64,000 nucleotides of DNA from an uncultured Bacillales bacterium (lineage in GTDB: Bacteria; Bacillota_I; Bacilli_A; RFN20; CAG-826), in the NCBI GenBank assembly GCA_902464635.1, contig CABQKC010000006.1:16240-80239 (forward strand), written 5' to 3'. The notes below the pieces were generated by a model. That model saw only the letters and a program-made list of their open reading frames with translations. It did no database searches and had not been told where the DNA came from. Both the position numbers and the translations under genes were made by a program. Positions 1-10,284 of this stretch are shown here, in pieces (the stretch's first letter is position 1; the number at the start of each line of letters is the position of its first letter).

Positions 1-1
1 G

Positions 2-358
2 GGTACAAATGGTTTAAAAATACTAACTTCCCATTATTCAAGTTTGATAAATGCAACTAATCATGATTTGTATTGTCTAAAAATAATGTTAGATTTAATT
101 GACGTTAGCGAGATTCCTTCAAATCTAAAAAAGATTGTTAAAGAAAACGACCTAAAGAAATGTCTAATTTCATTAATAAAAACATCCCAAGAAGAAGGAA
201 ATGCCATCGCAGGCGATCCAACTTCAATTGCTAAGGCAATGACTTTATTAATAAAAGAAGAAATTAAAACCAATATGAACGAAAAAGGTAAAAACTCACT
301 TCCTAGCGGAGATATCCTCCTAGGAATGATGATGAAAAAGCCTTTATCAGAAATCTAA
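2..358 (+). CDS. Hypothetical protein, possibly 5'-truncated by the window edge. The first in-window start is TTG at 44.
   Basis: The reading frame is open from position 2 with no upstream stop in the window. The ORF track gives 104 aa from 44. A strong terminator lies directly downstream (368-395). No recognisable domain. Confidence 0.4.
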   Translation, partial: GTNGLKILTSHYSSLINATNHDLYCLKIMLDLIDVSEIPSNLKKIVKENDLKKCLISLIKTSQEEGNAIAGDPTSIAKAMTLLIKEEIKTNMNEKGKNSLPSGDILLGMMMKKPLSEI

Positions 359-367
359 ATCCTTAGG

Positions 368-395
368 CCTCTAGGAAACTAGAGGTTTTTTATTT
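368..395 (+). terminator. Rho-independent terminator
   Basis: Perfect 7-bp stem cctctag/ctagagg with a gaaa tetraloop, followed by ttttttattt. Confidence 0.75.
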
Positions 396-1956
396 ATCTA
401 TTTCTTGCAGAGAAGTCGAATAAATACTTATATGTATCCTTTAGTTTTGGGTATAACCCTTTGTAACAATTTTGATATAGTTCTTCATATATCTTCGCAT
501 TGTCTTTATTTGGCTTAAACGTAATAGAAGGATGAACCATGCTAGAAATGGCTTCATTTGCATCCTTGAATTCCTTTGTAGCGAGGAAGCCAATAATTGC
601 AGCTCCCAACGAAGAGGTTTCATTAGTTTGGACTCTAGTAACTGGAAGATTGAATATATCCGCGGTGATTTGGCAAATTTCATCCGATCTAGAACCGCCC
701 CCGGCGATTCTAATTTCATTGAACCCATGTCTTAGGTTTTTGGCAAATCCTTCGCTAGCTAACCTAAGTTCATAATCAATTCCTTCAATTATGGCTTTAT
801 AGACATGCAGCCTTGTTGTTGAATCGCTAAAGCCGACAATAGACCCCTTTACTTCCGGTTTATCTAGATTTGAGCCCCAGAAAGGTTGCAAAAGTAATCC
901 GTTAGAACCAGCAGGTATGCTAAAGAGGTTTTTGTTATAGTCTTCGGGGTAAACATCATCAATTACAAGATCATTAATGTTCATCGCACCAAATTCTTTT
1001 AAGAACCAGTTAATCATCCAATACCCACGATATACTTGTACATCTAGATTGAATTGGCCAGGCAAGGTTGATGGATAGGCAGGAAAGAATTTGGATGGGG
1101 ACATGAACTTATTCACACTAGTTTCGACTGAACATGCAGTACCTAAAGAAATAGACAAAATTGTGTCTTTAATGACACCTGTCCCTAACGTTTCGCAAGA
1201 TTTATCAGATCCGCAGGCATAAATAACTAAGCCTTCCGGGAGTCCAGTTTCAAAGGAAGCTTTCTTGCTGATTCGTCCAATTTCTTGTTCACATTCAACT
1301 AATTCACAAAGTTGATTTTTCTTAATAGAGAATATTTGACCCTGCATATGGGTTTCTGGTTTTTTATACCATTGCTTTTTCTTGTAATTTAATGGGTAAT
1401 GCCCTGTGTAATCAGAAGCAGAGTCGATTAAATTACCAGTCAATTTGTAATTAAAATAAGTCGACAAGGCGACATATTTATCGATACGAGCGAAATTCTC
1501 TGGTTCATTTTCTTTAACCCAGTTAGCAACTGTCCTTCTTCTATTCATTTGGATAACAGCAGACATTCCAACAAGCCCAAATGCTAATCTAGAAAACAAA
1601 GGGAGTGGCTTTTCGCATTTTGCATATCTTTGGTCTAGCCAAAGTATCATTGGGCGGATTACCTTGTTGTCTTTGTCTAGCAAAACAGCAGAATCTCTAA
1701 AGCAAGTCATCGTAATACCTTTGACTCTTTTCATCAAATCTTTATTTTTGCTTATTCCTTGGGAACACTTGCATAAACATTCGTAATAATAAGCGGGATC
1801 TTGTTCGGCATAACCTGGTTTAGAAGAAAAATAAGCTGGTTCATAGGTTTGCTTTTCGCAGGCAAGAGTATTCCCGTTTCTATCAAATATCGATACACGT
1901 ACCGACTGTGTTCCAAAATCTATCGTTAGAATTAAATTAGACTGTTCCATTTTCAT
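394..1956 (-). CDS. FGGY-family carbohydrate kinase (xylulokinase/ribulokinase-like)
   Basis: 520 aa. N-terminal LTIDFGTQSVRVSIFD sugar-kinase motif and C-terminal IAGGGSRSDEICQITADIF...SSLGAAIIG motif typical of FGGY kinases. An alternative start at 1950 (MEQSN) has better SD spacing. Confidence 0.85.
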   Translation of the reverse strand: MKMEQSNLILTIDFGTQSVRVSIFDRNGNTLACEKQTYEPAYFSSKPGYAEQDPAYYYECLCKCSQGISKNKDLMKRVKGITMTCFRDSAVLLDKDNKVIRPMILWLDQRYAKCEKPLPLFSRLAFGLVGMSAVIQMNRRRTVANWVKENEPENFARIDKYVALSTYFNYKLTGNLIDSASDYTGHYPLNYKKKQWYKKPETHMQGQIFSIKKNQLCELVECEQEIGRISKKASFETGLPEGLVIYACGSDKSCETLGTGVIKDTILSISLGTACSVETSVNKFMSPSKFFPAYPSTLPGQFNLDVQVYRGYWMINWFLKEFGAMNINDLVIDDVYPEDYNKNLFSIPAGSNGLLLQPFWGSNLDKPEVKGSIVGFSDSTTRLHVYKAIIEGIDYELRLASEGFAKNLRHGFNEIRIAGGGSRSDEICQITADIFNLPVTRVQTNETSSLGAAIIGFLATKEFKDANEAISSMVHPSITFKPNKDNAKIYEELYQNCYKGLYPKLKDTYKYLFDFSARNR

Positions 1957-2161
1957 TCTCTTTTTTTCCAGGCTTAATTATAGATAAATTTTCGCCTAAT
2001 GAAGATAGTTTTATTTTACTAAAGTAAAGCACATGTCTCTTTTTTAGGCTTTTCTTTATAAGAAACATATTAATTTTATCTTCTTTAGAAGGCTCTATAT
2101 GTGGTAAGATTTATCCGCTGGGTTTAAAAACCCTTTATTAAATTGTCATTAGGAGGATACA

Positions 2162-4822
2162 ATGGCAGAAAAGAAATATGTTTATTCCTTCAAAGAAGCC
2201 CATGAAGCCCATTTAGGCAAGGACATTCTTGGAGGAAAAGGCAACGGTCTCGCCGAGATGACTGCCGCTGGAGTAAATATTCCAGCTGGATTCACCGTTA
2301 CTACCGAAGCCTGCAATCTCTATTACGAATCCGGTAAAAAGATTCCTGATTTCGTTTGGGACGACGTTGTCGCCCACATCCATCAAATCGAAGAAATCGA
2401 TGGAAAAGCCTTTGGTGGCGGAAAAGGATTACCTCTTCTAGTTTCTGTTAGATCTGGTGCCCGTATGTCCATGCCAGGCATGATGGATACAATTCTTAAC
2501 CTTGGTTTAAATGATGAAACCGTTAAAGAATTAGTCGAAGGAACCGGCAATGAAAGATTTGCTTGGGACTCCTATCGTCGTTTCATCTTGATGTTCACCA
2601 ACATCGCCAAAGGACATCCACGTACCAAGATGGATGCCATGCTTGATCAAATCAAGAAAGACAATGGCTACAAGCTTGATACCGAAGTCACCGTTCCACA
2701 ATTAAAGGAACTCGTAAAAGCCTACAAGGCCTACTACAAAGAAACATTTGGTGAAGATTTCCCAACCGATCCATATGTCCAATTAAAAGAAGCTATCGCC
2801 GCTGTCTTCCGCAGCTGGGATAACCCACGTGCTAACGTTTATCGTCAAATGAACGGTATCCCATATGAATGGGGAACCGCCGTTAACGTTCAAACCATGG
2901 TATTTGGTAACATGGGTGAAGATTCTGGTACTGGTGTTGCTTTCTCTAGAAACCCATCCACCGGTGAAAAGAAGATCTATGCCGAATTCTTACCAAACGC
3001 CCAAGGCGAAGACGTCGTTGCTGGCGTTCGTACCCCTCTCCACATCGAGGAACTCGAAAAGAGAATGCCAGAAGTCTATAAGCAATTCATGGAAACCATC
3101 AAGAGAATGGAAAACTATTTCCACGATATGCAAGACATGGAATATACCATCGAAAAAGGCAAACTCTACTTCTTACAAACCCGCAATGGTAAAAGAACCG
3201 CCAGAGCTGCTTTAAAGATTGCCTGCGACTTAGTCGACGAAGGTTTAATCGATGAAAAGGAAGCTTGCTTAAGAGTCGAACCAAAGCAACTCAATGACTT
3301 GCTCCACCCAACTTTCGATGAAGCTGACTTAAAGAAACACGAACCAATCTTAAAAGGTCTCCCAGCCTCCCCAGGTGCCGGAACCGGTAAGATTGTCTTC
3401 ACCGCTGAAGAATGTAAGGAATTACACGACAAGGGAATCAAAGTTGTTCTCTGCCGTGCCGAAACTTCTCCAGAAGATATCATCGGTATGGTTAATTCCG
3501 AAGCTATCGTTACCGCTAGAGGCGGTATGACTAGCCACGCTGCCGTTGTTGCCCGTTCCATGGGTAAATGCTGCGTTGCCGGATGCACCGATGCCATAAT
3601 CAACGAAGAAGAAAAGACCATGAGCATTGGTGGCAAAGTCTATCACGAAGGTGATGTTATCTCTGTCAACGGTTCCACCGGTTACGTCTATGAAGGCGAA
3701 ATCAAGATGGTTCCAGCCGACTTAGGTGGCGACTTTGGCCGTATGATGACTTGGGCCGATAAGTATCGTAGACTAAAGATCCGCGCTAACTGCAACACCC
3801 CACTTGATGCCGATAATGCACATCAATTCGGTGCCGAAGGTATTGGTCTATGCCGTACCGAACGTATGTTCTTTGCCGATGACCGTATCCTTAACATGCG
3901 TTCCATGATTCTTTCCGAAACAGTCGAACAACGTGAAGCTGCCCTAGAAAGAATCCGTCCATATCAAGTTGACGACTTCTACCATATGTATATGTCTGCA
4001 CCAGACGATATGGTCTGCATCCGTTTACTCGATCCACCACTACACGAATTCTTACCAACTATCGATGATGCCAAGAACATCAAAGACTTAGCCGAAAAGC
4101 TTAATGTCTCCGAACAAAAGGTTCGCGATAGAATCAATCAATTGCAACAAGCTAACCCAATGATGGGTTTCCGTGGCGTACGTCTATGCGTTGCCTATCC
4201 AGAAATCTATCGTATGCAAGCTACCGCTATCATCCAAGCTGCTATCAAAGCCAGCAAGGAATTAGGCAAAGATGTTGAACCTGAAATCATGATTCCTCTC
4301 ACCGGCGAATTAAAAGAATTCAAGTTTGCTAAGAACGTAGTTGTCGAAGCAGTCGAAAACGAAATGAAGAAGGAAGGCAAGACTCTTGTCTACCACGTTG
4401 GTACCATGATCGAAGTTCCAAGGGGAGCTTTACAAGCTGGCAACATTGCCAAAGAAGCTGAATTCTTCTCCTTCGGAACCAACGACTTGACCCAATTAAC
4501 CATGGGCTTCTCCCGTGATGACTCCGGACAATTCTTGAATTACTACTATGACAAGAAGATTTATGAATTCGATCCATTCCAAACCATCGACGTCGAAGGT
4601 GTTGGCGAATTAGTCAAGATTGCCGTCGAACGTGGCCGTGCAACTAGAAAAGATCTAGTAGTCGGTGTCTGTGGTGAAACCGGTGGCGATCCAGCTTCCA
4701 TCATGTTCTATGATGCCGTTGGACTAGATTATGTCTCCTGTTCGCCATTCCGTGTCCCACTTGCTAGACTTGCCGCTGCACAAGCTAACATCGTTCACGA
4801 AAGAGAAAAAGCCGCTAAGTAA
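2162..4822 (+). CDS. ppdK: Pyruvate, phosphate dikinase
   Basis: 886 aa. AGGAGG at 2149-2154. N-terminal GGKGNGLAEMTAAGVNIPAGFTVTTEAC and the phosphohistidine/PEP-utilising motif GGMTSHAAVVARSMGKCCVAGC. Confidence 0.95.
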   Translation: MAEKKYVYSFKEAHEAHLGKDILGGKGNGLAEMTAAGVNIPAGFTVTTEACNLYYESGKKIPDFVWDDVVAHIHQIEEIDGKAFGGGKGLPLLVSVRSGARMSMPGMMDTILNLGLNDETVKELVEGTGNERFAWDSYRRFILMFTNIAKGHPRTKMDAMLDQIKKDNGYKLDTEVTVPQLKELVKAYKAYYKETFGEDFPTDPYVQLKEAIAAVFRSWDNPRANVYRQMNGIPYEWGTAVNVQTMVFGNMGEDSGTGVAFSRNPSTGEKKIYAEFLPNAQGEDVVAGVRTPLHIEELEKRMPEVYKQFMETIKRMENYFHDMQDMEYTIEKGKLYFLQTRNGKRTARAALKIACDLVDEGLIDEKEACLRVEPKQLNDLLHPTFDEADLKKHEPILKGLPASPGAGTGKIVFTAEECKELHDKGIKVVLCRAETSPEDIIGMVNSEAIVTARGGMTSHAAVVARSMGKCCVAGCTDAIINEEEKTMSIGGKVYHEGDVISVNGSTGYVYEGEIKMVPADLGGDFGRMMTWADKYRRLKIRANCNTPLDADNAHQFGAEGIGLCRTERMFFADDRILNMRSMILSETVEQREAALERIRPYQVDDFYHMYMSAPDDMVCIRLLDPPLHEFLPTIDDAKNIKDLAEKLNVSEQKVRDRINQLQQANPMMGFRGVRLCVAYPEIYRMQATAIIQAAIKASKELGKDVEPEIMIPLTGELKEFKFAKNVVVEAVENEMKKEGKTLVYHVGTMIEVPRGALQAGNIAKEAEFFSFGTNDLTQLTMGFSRDDSGQFLNYYYDKKIYEFDPFQTIDVEGVGELVKIAVERGRATRKDLVVGVCGETGGDPASIMFYDAVGLDYVSCSPFRVPLARLAAAQANIVHEREKAAK

Positions 4823-4845
4823 TTAGCTGGTTAAACAATCAAATT

Positions 4846-4873
4846 AGAGCTGCCGAAAGGTGGCTCTTTTTTA
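4846..4873 (+). terminator. Rho-independent terminator downstream of ppdK
   Basis: agagctgcc-gaaa-ggtggctct stem (two G-U wobbles) followed by tttttt. Confidence 0.55.
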
Positions 4874-4912
4874 CTATTTAAACAATAAATATGATATAGG
4901 GGGTTAATCGAA

Positions 4913-4940
4913 TTTAAAAAATGGCTAGTTTTTGCTAGCC
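4913..4940 (-). terminator. Rho-independent terminator downstream of the glmU-like gene (minus strand)
   Basis: ggctag/ctagcc stem. On the minus strand it is followed by ttttttaaatt (plus-strand aaaaaa at 4915-4920). Confidence 0.55.
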
Positions 4941-4947
4941 ACTTAAT

Positions 4948-5931
4948 TTATTTCATTTCCGAATCTTTTAGGGCAATGTCCTTAATATTTTTAAATTCAA
5001 CAACGTTATCGTTTCCTATATGTACGTTATCTAAATATGTATTAGGACCTATAACGTTTCCTTCGCCTATAGTAGAACCATTCATTATGAATGTATTAGG
5101 CCTTATAGTCGTATCTACTCCGACTGTTGAATCAGGAGAAATATATGTTGTTTCAGGATCTTCAATAGTTACTCCAGAAAGCATTAGTTCCTTATTGATT
5201 CTTTCTTGAATCTTTTTAGCAGCGATTGATAAGTGATATCTATCATTAACACCCATTGTTTCATCTAAATCATCAATTGAGAATGAACCGACTTTCTTGC
5301 CATCTCCTGCGAATAAGCCAATAACGTCGGTTAAATAATATTCATGAGCGGCATTTGATGGGGTAAGCCTATCCAGGTCCCTAAATAGTTCTTTATTGTC
5401 AAATACATACACCCCTGCATTAACTTCATTGATTTCAGCTTCTTCAGGCGTGCAGTCTCTTTGCTCGATTATTTTCTTAACATGGCCATTTTCAAGATAG
5501 ATACGTCCATATCCGGTAGGATCATCCATAAGTGCGGTTAAAATGGTTAAATCATTGCCATTTTCTTCATGCGCCTTTAGCAAAGCACCTAAGGTTTTAC
5601 TTGTTAATAAAGGGGTATCGCCACAACAAACAATAGTAATACCTTCTTTGTCTTTCAATACTGGGGCAGTCATCATAATGGCATGACCGGTACCTTTTTG
5701 TTCTTTTTGCCAGACAACTTTAGAGTCTTTAGAAACTATAGATGAAGTCATTTCTCCACCAAATCCAACGATGGTGACTATTTCTTCAAACCCTAATGGT
5801 TTTAATGCTTCCAAAACATATTTAACCATTGGACGGCCTAAAATAGGGAAAGAGACTTTAGACATCTCATCTCTTTTGGATTTCATTCTAGTGCCCTTAC
5901 CGGCCGCTAGTATTATTGCGTGTTTGTTCAT
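4948..5931 (-). CDS. glmU: GlmU-like N-acetylglucosamine-1-phosphate uridyltransferase; short form lacking most of the acetyltransferase beta-helix
   Basis: 327 aa. N-terminal ILAAGKGTRMKS nucleotidyltransferase motif with GlmU-like layout. Only about 3 hexapeptide repeats at the C-terminus (IGEGNVIGPNTYLDNVHIGNDNVV) before the stop. GGAGGAG SD. The ATG overlaps the ispE stop as ATGA. Confidence 0.8.
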   Translation of the reverse strand: MNKHAIILAAGKGTRMKSKRDEMSKVSFPILGRPMVKYVLEALKPLGFEEIVTIVGFGGEMTSSIVSKDSKVVWQKEQKGTGHAIMMTAPVLKDKEGITIVCCGDTPLLTSKTLGALLKAHEENGNDLTILTALMDDPTGYGRIYLENGHVKKIIEQRDCTPEEAEINEVNAGVYVFDNKELFRDLDRLTPSNAAHEYYLTDVIGLFAGDGKKVGSFSIDDLDETMGVNDRYHLSIAAKKIQERINKELMLSGVTIEDPETTYISPDSTVGVDTTIRPNTFIMNGSTIGEGNVIGPNTYLDNVHIGNDNVVEFKNIKDIALKDSEMK

Positions 5932-6785
5932 TTATTAGCTCCTCCCATAAGTGTTTTAGTCAAAGCGGAAATGTATCCAAGCTTTTCATATTTCTTTTGG
6001 GCCTCTTTCATTTTCTTAAGGTCAAAAGACATAGCAAATAAGCTAGATCCAGATCCTGACATTGAAACTATTTTAAACCCATCCTTGACTAATGAGGAAT
6101 ATATTTCCCCTACTTTAGGCAAAAGATAGACTGCAGGAGGCATTAAATCATTGCCGATACTTCTAGCAATTAGATTCTCATCAGCAGTTTCTAAACCTTT
6201 TATAACACCCTCTGTATCAATACGGATGCTCTCGCCTTTATAGTTAGAATAAACTTCTTTTGTAGATAAGCCTTCTTCTGGTTTAACAATTAATACATAA
6301 AAAGGCTTTAATAGCTTAATGGGTTCGTTCTTTTCTCCGATTCCCCCAACTCTAGAAGGGATGTTATGGATGAAAAACGGAACATCTGCCCCAATTGTTA
6401 ATCCAATCTCGCATAATTGTTCATCGGAAAGATTGAGTTTAAGCATCTTGTTTAATGCGATTAAGACAGCAGCAGCATTAGAAGAACCACCACCTAGTCC
6501 AGCAGCAAAAGGAATCTCTTTATGAATATGGATAAGGAAATTTTCTTTAAATCCGCATGCTTTTCTTAAGGCGTCAGTAGCTTTTTTGCATAGATTAGCT
6601 TTAGCACTCATTAAACGAAAATCATCGCAAGTAATATAGGTGTCGTTGCTATAAATCTTGTTTATTTCAATGACATCATGCAATTCCAAAGGAAGGTTTA
6701 TCATGTCTAATTCATGATACCCATCATCTAATGTTCCCAATATTTTTAACGAAAGATTAATCTTGGCGTATGACTTAATGTCCAT
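5928..6785 (-). CDS. ispE: 4-diphosphocytidyl-2-C-methyl-D-erythritol kinase
   Basis: 285 aa. GHMP-kinase motif PFAAGLGGGSSNAAAVLIALN. Conserved synteny between ksgA and glmU, as in Bacillus. Confidence 0.85.
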   Translation of the reverse strand: MDIKSYAKINLSLKILGTLDDGYHELDMINLPLELHDVIEINKIYSNDTYITCDDFRLMSAKANLCKKATDALRKACGFKENFLIHIHKEIPFAAGLGGGSSNAAAVLIALNKMLKLNLSDEQLCEIGLTIGADVPFFIHNIPSRVGGIGEKNEPIKLLKPFYVLIVKPEEGLSTKEVYSNYKGESIRIDTEGVIKGLETADENLIARSIGNDLMPPAVYLLPKVGEIYSSLVKDGFKIVSMSGSGSSLFAMSFDLKKMKEAQKKYEKLGYISALTKTLMGGANK

Positions 6786-6795
6786 ATATAAATCC

Positions 6796-7605
6796 TTATT
6801 TTAATAACTGTTTTCTATTTGATAAAAGAAGATATTGCTCAGGGGAAATTTGCTCTGGCCTATAATTTAATGGAATATTGCATTCTTGAAGCAAGGCTTT
6901 CGTTTTGTCTTCATCTTGTAATAAATCCTTCAAATTATTGTAGATTGTTTTCCTCCGTTTTAAAAATAGCGACTGAGATAGTTTATACGCTTTAAGGACG
7001 TTTTCATCAAAATTCGTATCTAAATCTATTTTTATGACTGTTGAATCAACATGCGGACGAGGGGAAAAGCAATTCTTATTAACATTAAATAGCTTTGTTG
7101 CTTTCCCTCTTAAAGTAAGAAGAATGTTTAAAGGGGAATAATCCTTGGTATTTGTTTTTGCTAATATTCTATCAGCTGCTTCCTTTTGAATCATAAAGAC
7201 AAACCTAGTAGCGTTCTTTGCTTCTAGTAAAGCCTTTTCTATCAAAGCAGACGTAATGTAATAAGGCAAATTACCAACAACTTTAGAATAGGATGAATAA
7301 TCGATTTTCAGCGCATTTCCCATTTCAATTTTTAAAAATTCATTGTTTTGGAAGTCGCTTTTTAGTTTGGTAATCATAGCTTCGTCTATATCAACAAGAG
7401 TTGCTTTTGCAGGTCCAAAAGATAAATAGTAAGACAACGAACCAGCCCCACAACCAATCTCTAAAACATTATCTTTTTCAGTTAATTCAAGACTAGAAAC
7501 AATAAGGGAGGCCTTTTCTTTATCGATAAGAAAATTTTGGCCAACTTCTTTTTTGGCAAGGAATTTTAATTGTTCTATTTCTTCAAAATATTTATTTGCA
7601 TCCAT
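6796..7605 (-). CDS. rsmA: 16S rRNA (adenine1518/1519-N6)-dimethyltransferase
   Basis: 269 aa. SAM-binding site VLEIGCGAGSLS and the KsgA motif QNFLID. Confidence 0.9.
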   Translation of the reverse strand: MDANKYFEEIEQLKFLAKKEVGQNFLIDKEKASLIVSSLELTEKDNVLEIGCGAGSLSYYLSFGPAKATLVDIDEAMITKLKSDFQNNEFLKIEMGNALKIDYSSYSKVVGNLPYYITSALIEKALLEAKNATRFVFMIQKEAADRILAKTNTKDYSPLNILLTLRGKATKLFNVNKNCFSPRPHVDSTVIKIDLDTNFDENVLKAYKLSQSLFLKRRKTIYNNLKDLLQDEDKTKALLQECNIPLNYRPEQISPEQYLLLSNRKQLLK

Positions 7606-8134
7606 TAATAAATTCCTCCAATTGTTTCTTATCTATATTCATTGCGTTTAGCCTTTTTAACAATGTCTTTCCGTTTCCGTATCCTAAATGGAAATGAGTC
7701 TCTACATTTTCTTTGTTAACCCCGCTATTCTCACCTACTAGCTTAAGTTCAAGAAGGTCTGAATAGGTTAGATTTCCTGGAGTAGGCGATTTGGTAATAG
7801 TAATGTGCGACAAGGCATCTAGAATTGTTTCCTTATCAGACTCCGCTACCCCAACCTTATGATGCTTAATTGCTTTTTCTTTTGGAATATAAGCGTGTTT
7901 CAGATTTGGAATATGTTGATCTAGCACATCTCTTATCCTTTTTCCTGGATAATCTGGATCAGTTAAAACTATGACATCTTTCCTTTTTGACGCCTCCAAA
8001 ATGTAGTCTATTGTTTCACGTGGAACGTCTGAGCCATTAGTGGTAACTATCTCCGCATCAAGAAAAGAAGTCAATAAGGATACATCGGTAGTGCCTTCTA
8101 CTACAATTAGGGCATTTATCACTGTCTTACTCAT
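7592..8134 (-). CDS. rnmV: Ribonuclease M5 (Toprim domain)
   Basis: 180 aa. IVVEGTTDVSLL...VIVLTDPDYPGKRIR Toprim signature. Conserved position between tatD and ksgA. Confidence 0.85.
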   Translation of the reverse strand: MSKTVINALIVVEGTTDVSLLTSFLDAEIVTTNGSDVPRETIDYILEASKRKDVIVLTDPDYPGKRIRDVLDQHIPNLKHAYIPKEKAIKHHKVGVAESDKETILDALSHITITKSPTPGNLTYSDLLELKLVGENSGVNKENVETHFHLGYGNGKTLLKRLNAMNIDKKQLEEFINGCK

Positions 8135-8907
8135 GGTTTCACGTGGAACAATTTATTGAAATTGTCTTGTATTTTTTTGCTTAAAATGTCAAGAGAAATT
8201 TCCTTAATTTCTGACATTTGTCTTACTATATATGGGATATATTCTGGATAATTTGTTTGGCCCCTAAATGGAACCGGAGGTAAATAAGGGCAGTCGGTTT
8301 CTGAAAGAATTCTATCAATAGAAACTTCTTTGACACATTGTTTTGGAACGATTGAATTCTTATATGTTATAGGCCCATCAAAGCCAAAATAATAACCTAG
8401 CTTTTCAAATTCTTTCATCATTTCTACTGAGCCAGAGTAGCAATGTAAAACGCCTTTTGCTTGAGGCGTGTATTCTTTTAATATATCAAAAGTGTCTTGA
8501 ACGGCTTCTCTACAATGGATTGAAACAGGCAAGCCAAGTTCGTCCACCATTTTTAGTTGCTTGATAAACCATATTTTTTGGTTATCCCTATCCTTTTGCT
8601 CTTTATACCAATGATAATCTAATCCGATTTCTCCAATGGCTATGACTTTTGGGTTTTTGCAGAGTTCTTTTATTTTGTTTAGATTATCATCGCTTACATT
8701 TTCTAAATTTTCAGGATGAAATCCGATGGCAGCATAGACCCCTTCATGTCTAGAGGCGATTTCTATAGCCTTTAATGAACTTTCTAAGTCATATCCGACA
8801 ACTAAAATAGTAGTAACCCCTGCTTTAAATGAAGATGCAACTACTTCATCTACATTATCTTTGAATCTTTCATCATTAAGATGACAATGCGAATCAACAA
8901 AATTCAT
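8131..8907 (-). CDS. tatD: TatD-family metal-dependent DNase/hydrolase
   Basis: Start chosen at MNFVDSHCHLN (ATG 8905-8907), 1 nt after the mnmE stop. The ORF-track start at 8943 would overlap mnmE by 35 nt. Motifs HCHL, GEIGLDYH, HCRE. Confidence 0.8.
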   Translation of the reverse strand: MNFVDSHCHLNDERFKDNVDEVVASSFKAGVTTILVVGYDLESSLKAIEIASRHEGVYAAIGFHPENLENVSDDNLNKIKELCKNPKVIAIGEIGLDYHWYKEQKDRDNQKIWFIKQLKMVDELGLPVSIHCREAVQDTFDILKEYTPQAKGVLHCYSGSVEMMKEFEKLGYYFGFDGPITYKNSIVPKQCVKEVSIDRILSETDCPYLPPVPFRGQTNYPEYIPYIVRQMSEIKEISLDILSKKIQDNFNKLFHVKP

Positions 8908-8908
8908 T

Positions 8909-10228
8909 TCATTTTCCCACACAGAATCTAGAGAAGATTTCATCGCTTAAATCATGGGTTGGATCTTCTCCGAATAATTCTCTTACATAGTTATATGCAT
9001 TAAGCAAAGAAGAGGAAATTAGATCAATGGGTTGCCTAGATTTACAATCTGAGATAATTTGTTCTAGTTCAGAATCTATTTTTCTTAATAAAGATAATTC
9101 CCTTTCATTTGAAAAAGATGGATTGGAGAAAGATTTCTCACTTAGATTAAGAGAATCAAACATCGCCTTTTTCAAAGGCTCAATATCCTTGTTTATAGCG
9201 GAGATATATACATACCCCTCTTCTTTTTTGTCTATCAAATCAGATTTGTTTTTGATTTTTAATAGTATTTTTCCCTTGCTAAGTTCTTCTATTTCTTTTT
9301 CAAAAGAGCAATCCCGTGTATCAGAAATCAATAAAACCATATCTGAATCAGCAATAGATTTCTTACTTCTTTCGATACCTATGTTTTCAACAACTTCATT
9401 GCTTTCTCTAATGCCTGCTGTATCTAGCAATATAAAAGGTACTCCATCAAAAGAGCAATAGCCTTCTATTACATCTCTAGTTGTACCTGGGATTGAAGTT
9501 ACAATAGCCTTATCTTCGTTTAATAAGGCATTTAGGATTGAGGACTTGCCGACATTAGGTTCTCCTACAATCGCAACCTTTACTCCTTCTCTAATTATCT
9601 TTCCTTCATTTCCTTCTTTTATAAGGGTAGATAAAGAAGAACGCAATTCATTACAAGAAGATATAACGTCTTCATAACTAGTTTCTTCAATATCTTCGTA
9701 TTCGGGGAAATCAATATTTACTTCTAGTTTTGCCAAAAGCTCACTGATTTTATTTTTTAAAGGAGTTAATAAAGGCGATACTTTTCCTAAATAAGAAAGA
9801 AGAGCAAGGTCTTTTGCTTCTTTAGTAGACGCATTAATTAAATCATTCACACTTTCGGCTTCAATTAAATCCATCTTGCCGAAATAGAACGCCCTGGCAG
9901 AAAATTCCCCTCTTTCCGCATATCTAACCCCGTTAGAAAGAAAGGCTTCTACTATTTCTTTGACTATAACCATTGAACCGTGACAAGTTATCTCAACCAC
10001 CTCTTCTCCAGTCATAGAACATTCTGGTTCGTAACAAAAAAGCATTACATCATCTATTGGCTTATTTTTAAAAACAATAGACCCATGTATCATTTTTCTT
10101 TTAAAACCAGCGCCAATTTCTTTATTTATGAACTTGGAGACGATACCAAAAAGACCATCGCCGCTAAGACGAAGCAAAGCCAAGGCTGATTTAAACGGAG
10201 GTGTCGCTAAAGCAATAATTGGTTCCAT
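8909..10228 (-). CDS. mnmE: tRNA modification GTPase MnmE
   Basis: 439 aa. G-domain GEPNVGKSSILNAL and the C-terminal CxGK tetrapeptide (FCVGK). Confidence 0.92.
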   Translation of the reverse strand: MEPIIALATPPFKSALALLRLSGDGLFGIVSKFINKEIGAGFKRKMIHGSIVFKNKPIDDVMLFCYEPECSMTGEEVVEITCHGSMVIVKEIVEAFLSNGVRYAERGEFSARAFYFGKMDLIEAESVNDLINASTKEAKDLALLSYLGKVSPLLTPLKNKISELLAKLEVNIDFPEYEDIEETSYEDVISSCNELRSSLSTLIKEGNEGKIIREGVKVAIVGEPNVGKSSILNALLNEDKAIVTSIPGTTRDVIEGYCSFDGVPFILLDTAGIRESNEVVENIGIERSKKSIADSDMVLLISDTRDCSFEKEIEELSKGKILLKIKNKSDLIDKKEEGYVYISAINKDIEPLKKAMFDSLNLSEKSFSNPSFSNERELSLLRKIDSELEQIISDCKSRQPIDLISSSLLNAYNYVRELFGEDPTHDLSDEIFSRFCVGK

Positions 10229-10284
10229 CTTCTAAATTATAACCCATATATAAGAATAAAGGCTGACGAATCAGCCTTTAATTA

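Noticed and set aside
2865-4577. Several 60-156-aa ORFs on either strand inside ppdK (2865-3215 +, 3166-3636 -, 3422-3646 -, 4329-4577 -)
   Set aside because: They lie entirely within a highly conserved 886-aa PPDK gene, have no SD sequences and low-complexity or atypical composition. They are frame artefacts.
8908-8943. 35-nt overlap between tatD (track start 8943) and the end of mnmE
   Set aside because: This is more parsimoniously resolved by the downstream ATG at 8907 (MNFVDSHCHL), which matches the usual TatD N-terminus and removes the overlap. It is not a programmed overlap.
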